Below, piece by piece: positions 13,001 to 27,557 of a stretch of DNA of 64,000 nt. Under the pieces are notes generated by a model. That model had not been told where the DNA came from, made no database searches, and saw only the letters and a list, made by a program, of their open reading frames with translations. Position 1 is the first letter of the stretch. Every line of letters starts with the position of its first letter. Both the position numbers and the translations under genes were made by a program. This DNA is from Antedon mediterranea (lineage: Eukaryota; Animalia; Echinodermata): contig NC_092670.1 in the NCBI RefSeq assembly GCF_964355755.1, positions 4,330,201-4,394,200 of the forward strand, read 5' to 3'.

Positions 13001-16000
13001 GTCCTAAATGCATTTAATTGTTTATTTAAAATTTAAAACAAGTCATTATGAATAACATTCCACAGAAAACTAGTCATACTAGGCCAGCCCAAGGGTGTCC
13101 CAGTATTTGGAGAGTTGACTGTAGTAAATGATAGGTTTACAGAAAAATATGCAAAAGTTTACAGTACATTCATGTTCAATTCAATCTAATATTTGATGTC
13201 TAACCAATCGCGAGAAATTAGCAGATCGGAGTGTGATTGTATCCGATAAAAATTAGAAAACTGCATCTACAAACCACTCTAGATGCAACCGGAAGTTAAT
13301 ATACATCACAGCTAGACCATGAGTTTTTATTTCATATAGGCCGTAGTATACAGGCACAACACCGCTAAAAAGGCCCAATAACTCAACATCTTGGCCTCCT
13401 AACCTTAACCGATCTAGAGCCAGACATGAGAACATGGTATAACTTTTGAAAATAAAAGGGTGGAATGTGACAGATGATAGTCCCGATAGATTTTTTTACA
13501 GAATGAAAAGTTTACTGATGTTTGCTGGGTATGTGCTGGTTCAGTTAATATTACAGTAGTTCATATAAGGAAGGATGAGTGAGCAATATAGGGTTTTGAG
13601 AATATTAGAGGGAGGCAAATTAAAATGTGTAATAATGATTTTATTTTACCAATTTTATATGTTTTTATTGTATATTGAATATTGATAAATAATTCTATGT
13701 AGTTAAGTCAGGGAGTTGGTTAAGTTATGGTGACTTCATTGCTTTCAAGGTCCCAGGACATTTTTGAATGTCGAATAAATAAATAAATGAATTGAAATGA
13801 TAATACAAAAATACCGTATCCGGATATTCACCCCCTGGACATTTACCCCCCGGACAACTACCCCCCGGACAACCACCACCTGGACCACTACCCCCTTAGG
13901 ACAACTACCCCTTTAGGACAACTACCCCCCGGACAACAACCCCCTTAGGACAACTACCCCCTGGACAACTACCCCCCGGACAATTACCCCCTAGGAACAA
14001 TTACCCCCCGGACAATTACCACCCGGACAATTACCCCCCGGACAATTACCACCCAGAAAACTATCCCTTTAGAACACCCTAACCACCCAGACCATTCAAC
14101 AACCTGACTCTGCAACAGTGTATAATAGGAATTAATAACTATATTTTAATTCGTTACTTTGACGAATTACTATTCATTATTGTAAACAAAAGTAAAAGAT
14201 TGAACATAAATATAGCCTGGTATAAACTGAAGATCGTCACACATGATCATAGGATAGTCGAACGTATTATATAGTACTCCCTGTATTTACTGTAAAGACT
14301 GGGATCGCTATAATAATAATAATTTTTGCGTCAGGACAATGCTTCGATAACCACTGGTCTTAAAAGAATTAATATTTGTCTCAAATTTGTCATATATGTA
14401 TTTTTGTACACTTGAAGAATAATATCACTTTTGATATTTGACCTCAATGTTCACTCACCGAATAAACGTCGATCTTTAAATAAATTCCCCTCAAATAAAC
14501 GGTGACCATGTCACTCCCATGAAACATCATATGGAATAATCGGCGTCTATTTCCATTAGATTATACCCCCTCCCATTGAATAAACAACTTTCTTCCAATA
14601 AATGTCCACCTAAAAACCACCTAAACAATAAACAGCCCAGGCCGTTTTTTCAATAAATACGGTACTTTAAATCTAGCACATCTAGGGTCTAGCGTGCTGT
14701 TAAACAGAATAATCGGTTAAAAACGGGTGTTTCGAAACTAGAGACCCGAGACCAGAGACCAGAGACCCAATACGAAAAGGGAGACCTAAATATACGAAAA
14801 GGGAGACCCACGTACGAAAAGGGAGACCCCACTATACGAAAAGGGAGACCCCACTATACGAAAAGGGAGACCCTAATATACGAAAAGGGAGACCTAAATA
14901 TACGAAAAGGGAGACCCAATTATACGAAAGGGAGACCCAAATATACAAAATGGGAGGCCCAAATATACGAAAAGGGAGACCCACTATAAGAAAAGGGAGA
15001 CCCACTATAAGAAAAGGGAGACCCCACTATACGAAAAGAGAGACCACACTATACGAAAAGGGAGACCCTAATAATATACGAAAAGGGAGACCCAAATATA
15101 GGTCTCCATTTTCGTATTGGGTCTCGTTTCAGGTCTCTGGTCTCGGATCTCTAGTTTCGAAACACCCGTTAAAAACAATTTCATTTTTACAGAAACCGGT
15201 CCTATATATTTGTCTACTTTTGGATGGGGGGGGGGGGGGGTAGTTGACCGGGGGGTAGTTGACGGGGGGTAGTTGTCCGGGGGTTTGTTATCCTAAGGGG
15301 GTAGTTGTCCTAAGGGGGTAGTTGTCCGGGGGTAGTTGTCCTAAGGGGGTAGTTGTCCGGGTGGTAAACATCCGGGGGTAACTGTCTAGGGGGTAGGTGT
15401 CCTAGAACCGAAAAGGGAGACCCCACTATACGAAAAGGGAGACCCTAATATACGAAAAGGGAGACCTAAATATACGAAAAGGGAGACCCAATTATACGAA
15501 AGGGAGACCCAAATATACAAAATGGGAGACCCAAATATACGAAAAGGGAGACCCACTATAAGAAAAGGGAGACCCACTATAAGAAAAGGGAGACCCCACT
15601 ATACGAAAAGAGAGACCACACTATACGAAAAGGGAGACCCTAATAATATACGAAAAGGGAGACCCAAATATAGGTCTCCCTTTTCGTATTGGGTCTCGTT
15701 TCAGGTCTCTGGTCTCGGATCTCTAGTTTCGAAACACCCGTTAAAAACAGATGATTTCATTTTTACAGAAACCGGTCCTATATATTTGTCTACTTTTGGA
15801 TGGGGGGGGGGGATAGTTGACCGGGGGATAGTTGACCGGGGGATAGTTGACCGGGGGATAGTTGACCGGGGGATAGTTGACCGGGGGGTGGTTGACCGGG
15901 GGGTGGTTATCCTAAGGGGGTGGTTATCCTAAGGGGGTGGTTGTCCGGGGGGTTGTTGTCCTAAGGGGGTAGTTGTCCTAAGGGGGTAGTTGTCCGGGGG

Positions 16001-19000
16001 GTAGTTGTCCTAAGGGGGTAGTTGTCCGGGTGGTAAACATCCGGGGGGTAACTGTCTAGGGGGTAGGTGTCCTAGAACCCAAAAATACATTTGCAACACA
16101 ATGCACATTGAAAGTGTACTAAACAATCACATCAATATTATCAATTATTCTTAAAGTTATAGCATATGCGCAAGGGGTAGGAGTAGATGTCAATACTAGG
16201 AAATAGGAAACGGGGAAACATTTAAAATGTGGTCTGTTCAATAGGAAATAATCGTGAAGGGTAGGGTAGGGTAGGTGCGGTCTCTGGTTTTTCTATCATT
16301 CGTGAACCTTTATTAAATACAACCTACTTTTAATCAAATGTGGGATGGAATAATAAGAATTCCCTGAGGTATTCAATGTTTAATATCATTTATAATGTAA
16401 AGCATAAACCATTAATGTGCTTACCTACTGTTGGTGTAGTTGCATCACTTGAGAATCTACTTGGTGGTAGACTTGCATTTGATCTCTGCCTTCTTAAGAT
16501 AGAATTCTGAAAACCCTGTAAATAATTGTCAAATTAGATAGAAAGACCGTTTGTGTGGTTTAGTGGGGAAATTAGTAATAATTATATCACAAATAGATGA
16601 AAAATAAAATGTGCTCTGTATACACTATCAAATTAGTTTGACAAAAAAAGTAGAAGGTGCCTAAATATGGTAGTGATATGCCCAAATATGCTAGTGATAT
16701 GACATCATCATGTCCATATATGGACACATCTCATTTTTTTGTCACATAAAGTTTGATAATGTAGATAGAGCTTTACACATTAACTTTATTGTACATAAAT
16801 TACACCAAAAGTTTAAAAATGTTTAAACCTTGTAAGAATGTTTAGAAAATAATTTAGACATTTCTTGACACCAACAGTTGTCACTCATGCAAGCATTCAA
16901 TTCTAATTTTGTTGTGCTTTATTTTATCTTTATAAAATTATATTTATTTTAATTTTATTTTTATTGCTACATATTTATGTCTCGTTATGTTGTATATTTT
17001 GTAGGGTCTCTAATGGTCAGCTTCGGCTGGATGGACCACCCTCATAAAATAAATAAATACATTGGACACCTGGGTTGTTGACTATAATTTTTGGAGCAAA
17101 TTATACAAGTTGAATAGTCTATGATTATTATCTATTATTTTGACTGCACCTGTTGATTTTTTCATGATAAATTTAATTACTTTTTATATTTTTTTTAAAA
17201 TTTGAATTATATAAACAAGTTGATATAAAGTTTGTGGTACACCACATGGTATACCACAAACTTTGATACATACATGTTGATTTTGCCATGCAAAACCTTC
17301 AAACAATAATATATATAAACAAGGTCAAGTTTAGACTGAATGTTACAAACCAGGACCAGGCCGGATTGTGCGAGTTGGTATAATTGGATAAAAAAAATTT
17401 ATTTTAACCAAAAATTGACAATAGGTTTCTGTTCAAATTTAACTGTTTATTTTGTCTTTTTATAAGTGAAATCATTGTATTTTTTTTTCAATTACAAAAT
17501 GTAAAGAGCTTTATTAAAATTGCAAAATGTATTATTAATGGTCCGTTTCATGTTTTCGGGGGAAAATTTACATCTTTATTAGTCCTGACCCAAGAAGACC
17601 TGTTCTATCACCTCTGAGTGAGATTGCTGGAAGGGTCTTTCACACCTGTTCCGATACGGTTCCGGTTCAGCGAATCGAACGTGAATCTTTCGTTTTCACA
17701 ACGCTCCACGCGACTATGCGCCAATCGATATGGATTTGCCGGCGTCGGACCTGAACCGTGCCAGAACAGGTGTGAAAGACCCTTAAAGAAGATACTATAT
17801 CCCATGTGTACTACCTGCTTGTCTCTTTCTTTTTTGATGTGATTTCCTATCTCTGCAACCGGTTGAGCTGTCCTGTCCAATAAAGCCAATGTTGCATGTA
17901 GCTTATACTTAGATGCCTCTAGAAGGTCTATCATTTCATCAGACTATTAAAAAGAAACATTATTTTATTTATCACAAAATGTTGTTCTTCAATCAAAGAA
18001 ACTTATGTCTAAAACTCATACAATTCCATATCTATTCAAAAAATATTATTCAATCTTCAGTTGACACCAATATAACACAAGAATATCGTGCCTGTCAATT
18101 TTGCAATGAAAATACTGTATCTGAAGGATCAGGGTCAAATGGTCACACCGCCATTCTAACAGTGCCATCTCCCAACTAGAAAGATAAACCATTAATGCGT
18201 GTCCCTGGGCTGAAACGTCCCAGATGATCCTACCTTTTATACAGTATAAAAAAGTCTTTACATTTCTAACATATTGAGGGTGCCCTACACCATGACTCGT
18301 CCATTGGCTTTATTTTATCCCAATATGCCTTTTCGAAATGTTACGAATATTGACAAACATAAGATTCTTGTCTTTAGGTTACTTTTTTAAAATCTTTTAT
18401 GGTTTGTGTTTAGTTTCTTTTATAGACACTTACATTATGTATTTTTTGAGTGACGCTGTTTTTAGTGTCCTCATCAGCATAGCCAGGAGTTTTGCCATAT
18501 GCTCCTGACAACCTTTTAATACCTGAAAAAAACAATTAATGCTGGAATGAAGCTAAAAATTGAGTTTAATTTTGTATTCATTTACACAGCATTATGATAC
18601 AACACAAGTAAAGTCTTTTATTTTATTTATTAAACCTAATTAATGAGGGTGACCCTAAAAGCATATGATTTCTTAGTTTATAAACATTAAGTACTTTTAC
18701 ATGAATTCCCATTCAATATGAACCATTGAATATAAAATATTGAGAACCTTCTTTTGTTTTCTGTTCTTTGTAAATCTCCTGGTCTATACTTTTCAGCTTT
18801 CTAAGGAGGCTCGTTCGACGTCGATCAACTTTCATAGTATTTTTCATATCTTCTTCCTTAAATTCATAATAAGACACAGAATTTAAATGATGAACAAAAC
18901 ATTAGAAAGTTTATTAAGGTACCAAATAAACATCATTTTTGTTTTTCCAAAGTATGAAGGAAAAAATCGTGAATAGCACATGATTATTTTATGTGGAGCA

Positions 19001-22000
19001 CACATACTGTACAACTTCTACAACAACCTCCTGCCACCAACCGGCACTCATTCATCTGCCCACAACAGCAAGGATTGAACCAGCACATTGGGGTAACCCC
19101 TACTCTTCCAAAAGATGCACTTGGTACCTTTAAGTGCACACGAGCATGTAGTGTACGCTGGACCTCCTGGTTTAAGTCATTCTCTGAGCACCAGAGCTAT
19201 GGTTGAGAAGAGCATTGAAAGAACCTGTGGTAATTGTATGGCTATGCATTGCAGTACCTCTGTCTTAACCGCTTGGCCTGTATGTAAGCTCGAGTTCGTA
19301 TTTGCATAAATACAAATGAAGTACATTCAGTTGTATAAAAAGTAACCACAATTCATGAGGCTGTGAATCATAGGCTATTCCCCACATTTATATTTACATA
19401 CTCTAGGTTCTAGACAAAAATTAGTAAAAAGATAAATATTTTGGCACATACAGTCTGCAAATCAATTTATATTCGCCCTTTACAAGTTTGTAGTTTTCAA
19501 CAACAAAAAACGAAATGCCGACTGGTGGACTAACATAATAATACAATAACTACACACTTGGATCAAGTCTAACAGTTATATCGTTATTTATATTTGAGTT
19601 AATAATTAGTTTGGACTTACATAAGAATCATACAGAACCTGATCAATGGTCACCTCTGTTGAAAAAGTTGTCGCAATAATCTCTATGTCAGAATCAGGAT
19701 CGATCACACTTGCTGCTTGGCAAATTCTTTGAGTAATCTGAAATTGCAATTTGAAATATCATTTTGTTATCATCTTTAGTTCAGTTCACTCATAGTGTTA
19801 AATGTTACATTTTAAATGTAAATAGGCTGGGTAATATGAGCTTCGGGATCCCTTTGACCCGGAGGGAGAGTTCCCGTCAGGGTCCCTACCCAGGGTTACA
19901 GGTCTCAGGTTTTTAGTTTTTTTTAAATTAATTAGTGTTCTCATCAAAATTAATGTCTCTCATTGTTGTGCTATGTCAACATAATATCAATGACGGCGAA
20001 ATGTCCCCAATAATGGGGATAGCTATGCAAACAAGTAAGTAAGTTAAGTGTTATTCCTTATGACCATTTACACACAACGTTTACAGCGGACGGGCAGGAT
20101 CTACTAGATACGGATTCTACATGGGACAAGCTATGTGATTTTCGCGCTTACTGTTACTGCTCGTCAGTGTAAATTGGCTTGTAAAATTCAAATATTAATC
20201 ATTGTGGTCAGTTTACTTACCTCATTAAGATTTGGGCCAAGCAGTGACATATGGTTAGACAGTTTTCCCAAGAGATCTTTTAACTGGACAAACCTCTCTT
20301 CCTGTAAACCTTGATATTGACTTGCAGAAACCCGTACAGCACATTCCAGGTCATGTCGTGCACTTTCTAGGTTCTTTACTGCAGCTATGTGTTCAGAATC
20401 TGCTTTTACCACAACTGTTTCAGCTTTTTGAGTTTTTGATTGTAACTTTCAAATAATACAAAACATGGGGTAATGTGATTGATAATAATTAATAATTGAT
20501 TAATAATAAAGATCTGTCAAAATAAATTAAGCATTTCATATTAAAACACGCCTGATTGTATTCTTGCAATTTGAATGGTTAACAAATATTGAATTTTTGT
20601 TGAATAGCGAGAAAAAGAAAACTGACTGCTCAATTTAACTCAGCTTCGAGCAACTCATGAAATATTCTGACCATCCAACTCATCAACATTCATTGTTTGG
20701 ATATTGTTATATTATTATTGGCAACTGAGTGTATCCTTGCGTCAACCCAAGTGTTTCAACGCAGTATGGCTAACTTGGATTCAAGATGGCGGATAATGTT
20801 GTATTATAATAACAAAATTTCCAGTACAATTGCGGTCATTTTAATACCCCTTGCGTAGCAAGAAAAATGTGTATAACGAACATCATCTTATGATGATGTA
20901 AATTAAATACTTGCTATGTTACCTTATTCAGTTCCTTTTCTGTGAGTGGTTTTTTCACACTTGAATCATCAATTTGCTGAGACATGAGTTCACAATCTTT
21001 TGTTTTACTAATAACATTTTTCTTGGCCTAAAGAAGCAAATCAAACTATTAAACACAAACATAACAAATGAAAATAGAAATAGATAACAAATATCCATAT
21101 TTTGCACAAAGTAGAACCATTTTTTGGGACTATTAGGGACACCTTTATTGAGTGGATACTTTTATGAAACGAGGGGCAATATGTTTTAACACTACAACAC
21201 CTACTCAAGGGACACCCTATTAAGGATATAACAACAGTTTTTAGTGTACCAAATGCCTATTATTTGTTTCCATCAAAAAAGACCAAACAATTATATAATA
21301 TATAAGATAAGATAACCACTTACTTTTGCCATACTCTGTTTCTTGTCAGTCCAAACCTTTGCAGCCTTTTCCACAGGTGAATCAATCTACAGTATTATAA
21401 CAGACAATTTATAAAACTCATAATTTCCAGAACATTGCACATAGGATTTGTTTCTGACAGCAAATTAATACAAAATCCACTATGCAGCTGTAATGTAAAT
21501 ACAGTAGTCTCAAATTTCAAACCAAATACTTACAGACTTTTGTCCCTTAATCTGTTGTTCTAGAAATGTTTTGTAGGGCTTAGCAAGTTCAGAATGCATA
21601 ACATCACTAAATTTTCTGTAAAAAACAAAAAGGTAAGTAGAATCATTTCATGTGTGAATCAAAAAACGGTGGCTTCATTTCATATCTTTCTTTATTCTGG
21701 AAAACTCATTCAATACACAAGTACTGGTCTCGCATGAGGTCTAAATGTGTAACTTAACTACAAAATTAAAGCATAATATATACATATGTAAAAAAAAAAT
21801 ATTTAAATACTAAAATTGCTCTTAAATTCATTAACTGGTAATTTTGGAGTATGAAATGAATTATAAAACAAATCCTCTCCTGGTCCTCTTTTAGCGGTTA
21901 CACATTGGGTGGTTACACAGTGAGTGGTTACACACTAGTAGATATACAGGTGGTAGATATACAGGTGGTAGATATACAGGTGGTATTATACAGGTGGTAG

Positions 22001-25000
22001 ATATACAGGTGGTTTTTGATTTATAAAATTGAGAATAAAAGCTATGTTATTAATTAAAATATACAGGTGGTAGTTATATAGGTGGTGGTTATGGTCTGGT
22101 GAAAATTTTACATGCATGAGTAACAAACTGGTACCTACTTATGCAACTCGCTTTCTGATTCTATTTGTATTGATAAAATGGTCCAAGCTTGTGCCAAGGA
22201 ACTGTTGAAAAACAAGAAGCAAATGTTTCATATAAATTGTATTCTAATCTAATTATTAAATAATTTTTGTTTAATATAATGGTAGGAATAATTTGTAATA
22301 TGAAAAATGTTTCACAATCAATAAAAAGTGAGGATTAATGTTTTTTTAAATTTTTATCTGGATCAGATAAGGTTTTTGGATAAATTTAACCATTACAAAT
22401 ATTTTTTTCCCTATGGAAGTGATTAACTTTATTAAAACTAAAAAATTCCCTATTTAAAATCTGATTTTATTTTATCTTTATTGTTCATGTTTTCGGGACA
22501 ATACATCTTAAAGTGACATTGTTCTATTTTGTTATTAAATAATATAGTCCCAAGTTCAATTATTGTTCAATGCTGGCATAGCTCAGCAATTTGACACATG
22601 TACCTAATACTTACCCAATGCATTCTTTTCCAGACTTTGAAATTTTGTTTGAAAGTTTTGCAAGTCCTTTAGCATATGAAAGCTCAATTTCTGCTCTGTA
22701 ATGAATATTTTAAAAACATATTATTAAAAATTATAATGCAATAAATAACAATAGAATTATTTATTATCTATATATAAATTTACGTAAGGGCAAAATTCGG
22801 TAAATCGCGCGTTACTTCTAGAATGTTTACTCGATGGTATATAAAGTTGGTTTGTACTTTCGATACTGATTTTAACCACCTGATGTAACCCTGTTTACTA
22901 ATTAAATGGAGTTCGATAATTAGTTATTGACAATTAAAACGAATTTAGGTTCAACGATTTGCCCCAAATAGGGGTGTTTTCCGATCGTGGTGTACACTGT
23001 CCAATGCATGTCTATCTTGAAAAATACCCGCATACAATAATACGAGGATGCTTCGCATTTTCCTATCTCCTCCTACGATAATTGTTTTTAATGGCTGAAA
23101 ACCGGTTGAACAGCTTGAGTACAGCATCATAATGTTGAAGACAGACCTATTTTCTTAAAAACATACTTTTTTGATAGATTTAATATGAATGGAACATTCC
23201 AACTCTTTGCTTTAACACAAGTACCACCAGCTGTATGTAAATTTATTGGCCCTTGGGGAATTAACCTAAAACCTATATATAGATATAGTATTGCAATACT
23301 TGGACATTACTGTAAAAATACGTATTAACATTTGTGGTCGCCATTGAATTTACTGTGAGTGTGGGTACTGTTAGATGTATAACACAATCATGTACAAATA
23401 AACGTATTATTGTGAGTGTGAGTAGGCCCTACTGTTATATAGAACGTAAAATATACAAATAAACTGTACTACTGACAGTTGCTTCTCAACGTTTGTATTA
23501 ATTAATAATTACAAAGAATATAAACGTTGTAGTGGTACGTGTATCGTTGCATGTACTATGCTATTTCAATCGACTATGACAGTGACAGTTTTAACAAAGT
23601 ATTAAATCGCAAATGTGTTACTGTATCAAGTGGTACATTATTTATAGGCCTAGATCAAACATGAAAAACATATTTCGTTACTGAGTAGATAAAGAATATA
23701 TTAAAACATATTGTTCTTCTTTGTACCCATATCCTCTTCCCCATCCCTCAACCCTAATGTTACACACAAAACGCAAATTGGGTTTGTTTAAATGAGTCCA
23801 AATTTCAGTTTAATACATAAATTATCGTGTCTATTTATTCGTTTCTGTAAACGACAATAACTATTATAGTCCTGCAGTACGTACATTAAAAAAAAAAGCA
23901 TTTTTTTACGATGAAATTACTGTGTATTCGAGAAAAATCTGTGGGCACAACCTAGATGGTACGCTTGCTTCGCTCGCGTACCATCTAGTTATATAAATTA
24001 AAATAATTACCTTTCACCCAATATATTGATGAATTCTTTGCTGAAGTCTGTACTTCGTTTCATGAACTTTTTTAGCTCTGTATAGCCATTAGCCCCCTAT
24101 AAAATGATTTTAAAACATACATTTTTAAATATTAAAAGTCAATCCAGTAATAACACATCAATGACATCAATAAAATGACTGTAAACTCACAGCATGAAGT
24201 AAACTATACAATATTGAATTTTATTTTTACAGCAATTTAAATTTCTACAAGCCAGTCAGTAGCCAGGTTGGGGTGTTGTCGTTTTTTTTCCACAAAGGGT
24301 TGAAATCGTCATGATATATATAATATATATGATAATATACTTTCACATCTGCTGCTACAGTGGTCTATAGTTTAAAAGGGGAACTTGAAACCCCCATCCC
24401 CTAGCCCCATTAGTTTCTATCATACTGTATATCGATTTAATGTCTTAATACAGAGTAAGTATAATACTGTACATTTAGGTCAGTCAATTTACGTATTATT
24501 TGATTATTGGTTTAATATTAACTCCTGTACATAATTATGGACATTGGACTCGACACCATCCGATAATCAACATAAATAATCTAGCATCTGATTTTAGAGG
24601 GAAGATGCATGATATGATGATGCTTATGGGATTTGAAATCCTTCTTTCTTTCAATTTTTTGTAAACTCCAGTTTTTCACTGTTCACATGGTTGGTTGTGT
24701 GCAAGTGTTTATCCAAATCAAATTATTATATATAGTCTTCTTTTTTAAACTCTAGGGTGGGCTCCTTTTTGAGACGGGCTACTTTTCTAGATTACTTTGA
24801 AAACCAAAGAAGGGGCTTTTTTTCTAAATTAATGCTGTTTTGTGAATTGCTAATTCAATTTCCTGCAAAATGTTATATATTTGTAATTAAAACACCATTT
24901 TAAACTGAAAAATAAATGTATGATATAAACTTGATTATACAATATATCTGCATCACAAGTTATCTGGCAGTTATTCAAATAGTCCATTTCGAAAAGGGGG

Positions 25001-25978
25001 ATCCGATTCTTTTTTAAATTTGACAGTAAGATAAAATGGATAAAGTGATTTTTTTTGTAAACAATATTTTTGATACAGTGTAGCACTGATAGTGTGAAAT
25101 ATTAGGGTAGGTGTATTAAATATAATGTATGAGTTTTTTAGAAATTTAATTGTTTATAATATCATGGATAGATAAGGAAATAAAACAATGTAAGAATACT
25201 TTGCTTGAAATTGAGTTTTTTGACTTGTTTATGGGCCAAATAAATATGTGGATTTTACAATGACAAAAACACAAAAAGTTGAAAACAAAACCCTAAAAAA
25301 TCCCTTTTTAAAAATAAATACTTACAACACAAATAATTATTTTCAACTTTTATTAGTAACATCCCAAAGTACTAACTGCTACAAATGAATTATTTTGTTT
25401 TTCACACACAAATTCAATTGGAAAAGAGAGGGCTCTGATTTAGTGTGTTGCTTTGTTTACTGTATGAATGATACATTTTAAAAACTGGACACAATGTCAC
25501 ATTATTCTGCCTTGATTTATGTGGGATTGTCCAGCTTTTTGCGTTGAGTTCTGCTTTCCAGGCCATCCTTGAATTGTTTCGGTTTTCAAATATTTTAAGT
25601 TATTTATATATATATTTTAGTTTAGTTTTTCTCAATGATGTGAATTTAATTTAATTCTTTTTGTAAGTTATTAGTTTTTTTATATGGATAAAATATTTCT
25701 GAAATAAAAGAAATTGAATATCTCAATTTGTGACATGTTATGGGCAACTTTCATATATATACCAGATATTCATCCGGTATTTTTAGGTTGTGACGTTTAT
25801 GGGTATCAACACCGTACAAATAGCCATGTCATAGCAGTAAAAGTAGGCCCTAGGCTACAAACACAAAAAAGCCCCTATCTGGAACCTGTGTTGTATATTA
25901 TAATTTATACTGTATATAAAATGTAGGCCCTGACGGCGGTAGGCTACTTACTATAAATGAACTCTGGAAATGCGTCAT
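10097..25978 (-). CDS. NOSTRIN: Nostrin (F-BAR + HR1-like coiled coil + SH3), 15 coding exons, 509 aa
   Basis: Phase-consistent exons: 25978-25952 (MTHFQSSFI), 24096-24011 (GANGYTELKKF..ILGER), 22695-22615 (AEIELSYAKGLAKLS), 22201-22139, 21615-21534, 21386-21324, 21027-20923, 20445-20221, 19737-19621, 18856-18748, 18522-18434, 17943-17815, 16515-16425, 12271-12104 (AIAKYDYDAQENDELTIKQ, GC donor), 10191-10097 (GDVLKVLESMDDGWSKGELNGQVGVFPTSYI*). Sum 1530 nt, open frame. Confidence 0.88.
11870..12020 (+). mobile_element. Degenerate tRNA-derived SINE remnant
   Basis: A-box-like gtgtagcttggtg and B-box-like gagttcaatcc followed by a decayed body. Confidence 0.4.
12318..12476. mobile_element. ~160-bp MITE family (AGCTCTGTCTACAC ends), copy 1; further copies at 16613-16772, 26968-27085, 43762-43902
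   Basis: TIR agctctgtctacactatcaaact / agttt..t.gtgtagac..agct and shared core ccaaatatggtagtgatatgacatca..atgtccatatatgg in all four copies. Confidence 0.75.
13815..16079. mobile_element. Foldback/Mutator-like element with repeat-built inverted arms, in a NOSTRIN intron
   Basis: Left arm (GGACAACTACCCCC)n, right arm (GGGGGTAGTTGTCC)n; exact 9-bp TSD CAAAAATAC at 13806-13814 and 16080-16088. Confidence 0.8.
14725..15167. mobile_element. Nested Mutator-like MITE with an internal ~21-bp tandem array (TATACGAAAAGGGAGACC)
   Basis: TIR gggtgtttcgaaactagaga / tctctagtttcgaaacaccc; exact 9-bp TSD GTTAAAAAC (14716-14724, 15168-15176); its right part is duplicated, ending again at 15739. Confidence 0.8.
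17633..17782. mobile_element. Palindromic MITE, copy 2, in a NOSTRIN intron about 30 nt from a splice donor
   Basis: TIR gggtctttcacacctgttc / gaacaggtgtgaaagaccc followed by TTAA. Confidence 0.75.
19070..19280 (-). mobile_element. Degenerate Deu/Nin-domain SINE copy
   Basis: Aligns by eye with 62640-62860 (ggggtaacccctactc..tttaagtgcacacgagca..ggacct..ggttta..tgtcttaaccgct.ggcc). Confidence 0.65.
21945..22095. repeat. 15-bp minisatellite (GATATACAGGTGGTA)n
   Basis: About 5 tandem copies plus 2 dispersed copies in a NOSTRIN intron. Confidence 0.8.
22767..23988 (+). mobile_element. Non-autonomous Helitron, 1.2 kb, in NOSTRIN intron 2
   Basis: 5' end A^TCTATATATAAAT; 3' end hairpin ctagatggtacgc..gcgtaccatctag ending CTAG^T; inserted between A and T with no TSD. 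Confidence 0.7.
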
Positions 25979-27557
25979 GGCAAATCAATGCATAGATGCG
26001 CGTACACTGTGTTTGAAACTTCACTTGGACTGATTCTCCACATAAATTATTCAGTAGTTATTCTGTTTATACTAATCCTAAGTTTGTACTTAGGCCCGGT
26101 GTATTCTTGTTTCCGTATACTTATCATCGCACCTAACACAGGTACTACGACAATCATAAACTATTGGTGGCAGTAGTATTGATACGCTTGACAGCCTATG
26201 ATTATAAACAGAAACATCAGACCAATCAGCAACCGACTTTTTCCCGGGAAAATGTTGTCTAATTTGCATAATTAAACATAACAAAATAAATATTTAACTA
26301 AAACCTACTGTAAATTTCACCATTACCTAAAATGTTTAGTTTACTTCCAACAACAATGTACACTGTTTAACATAATAAAGTACATATTGTCTTGTCAGCA
26401 AAGTGCAGAAAAGTTAAAACTTATGTATAGATCACTCTACCATATTTTTTGACAAATTAGTTTGTAGAGTTCAACAGTTGTTGGATCGTCGTTTCAATTA
26501 GATTAGTGAAGGTAGTGAAGGTAGCTAATAATTAAGGATACTGATCATCCCCTTCACTTTTATAATCAAACGCAATGGTAGAATACATGTTTCAATAAGT
26601 AAGACAAACAAGATTTGTTGCAAATGTAATATTATTAATTCACATCAATAAAACACTGTATAAATGAAAGTTTATTTTATTTTAACTTCCAAATTATAAC
26701 CACATTCTAAAACTTAAGTTTGGTGCAATAATGTGTGTATTCTATTATTAATTTATGTTTATATTTCATGGTTTTTTTTATCAAATTAATATTTGCCAAT
26801 CTTTAAGCTGAATTTCTATTGTTATTTTATTGTGATAATGGATAAATAAAGCTTTTCAGTATTCAGTATAAAGTTTGAATGCTGAAGCAATTCACTGTAG
26901 CACTGTATTGTGCCAGAATATATAGCTAACCATAGGCTAGATGAAAATAACATGTAAAACCAGCCTTGAGCTCTGTCTTCAATATCAAACTTTATGTGAC
27001 AAAAAAATGTTCCCATATATGGACATGGTGACATCATATCACTACCATATTTGGGGAAATCACAGTTTTTTGTCAAACTAGTTAGATATATGTATTTACA
27101 ATATTATTACATTACATATAAATTTACACTAAACAAACTACAGGAATCTATTATCTAAGTAGACAACAGTGAGTCGTATTAAATTTGTTCAATTCAATGG
27201 CAGTAACCGCTATAATGCATCTCTTTCTGGATAAAATAAATTTTTATCTTTAAAGACAAATTCCATGAAATTTTTGACATTTTATAAAAATAATGATATA
27301 TTACATTAAAAACATTAAACCCGATCTTTCCTTGGTCATAATTAAAAAAAAAACAAATGTAGCCCAAGTAGTTCACGTTGAACGTTCTGTACCTAGGCAC
27401 GTCTAGGCCTATATGGAATGAGTCTCTAAATTTGCCATTTTGTTTTGGTATAATACAATCTTTATCTATAAAATAAATACATCATTATAGTTGTACAAAT
27501 CACAGCAGTATATATACACAAGTATATAAAATGAATTAATCCCAAAGCAGATACAAA

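Noticed and set aside
14950-15932. Repetitive ORFs (IRKGRP.., IVDRG..)
   Set aside because: Translations of tandem arrays inside nested MITEs.
13830-16070. CRISPR-like appearance of short repeats (also the 33140-33718 array)
   Set aside because: No unique spacers, no cas genes, eukaryotic intronic or intergenic context.
25326-25362. ATG-initiated mini-exon with a GTAAG donor as NOSTRIN first coding exon
   Set aside because: 37 nt (phase 1) does not fit the phase-0 next exon; 25978-25952 fits and gives a typical F-BAR start.
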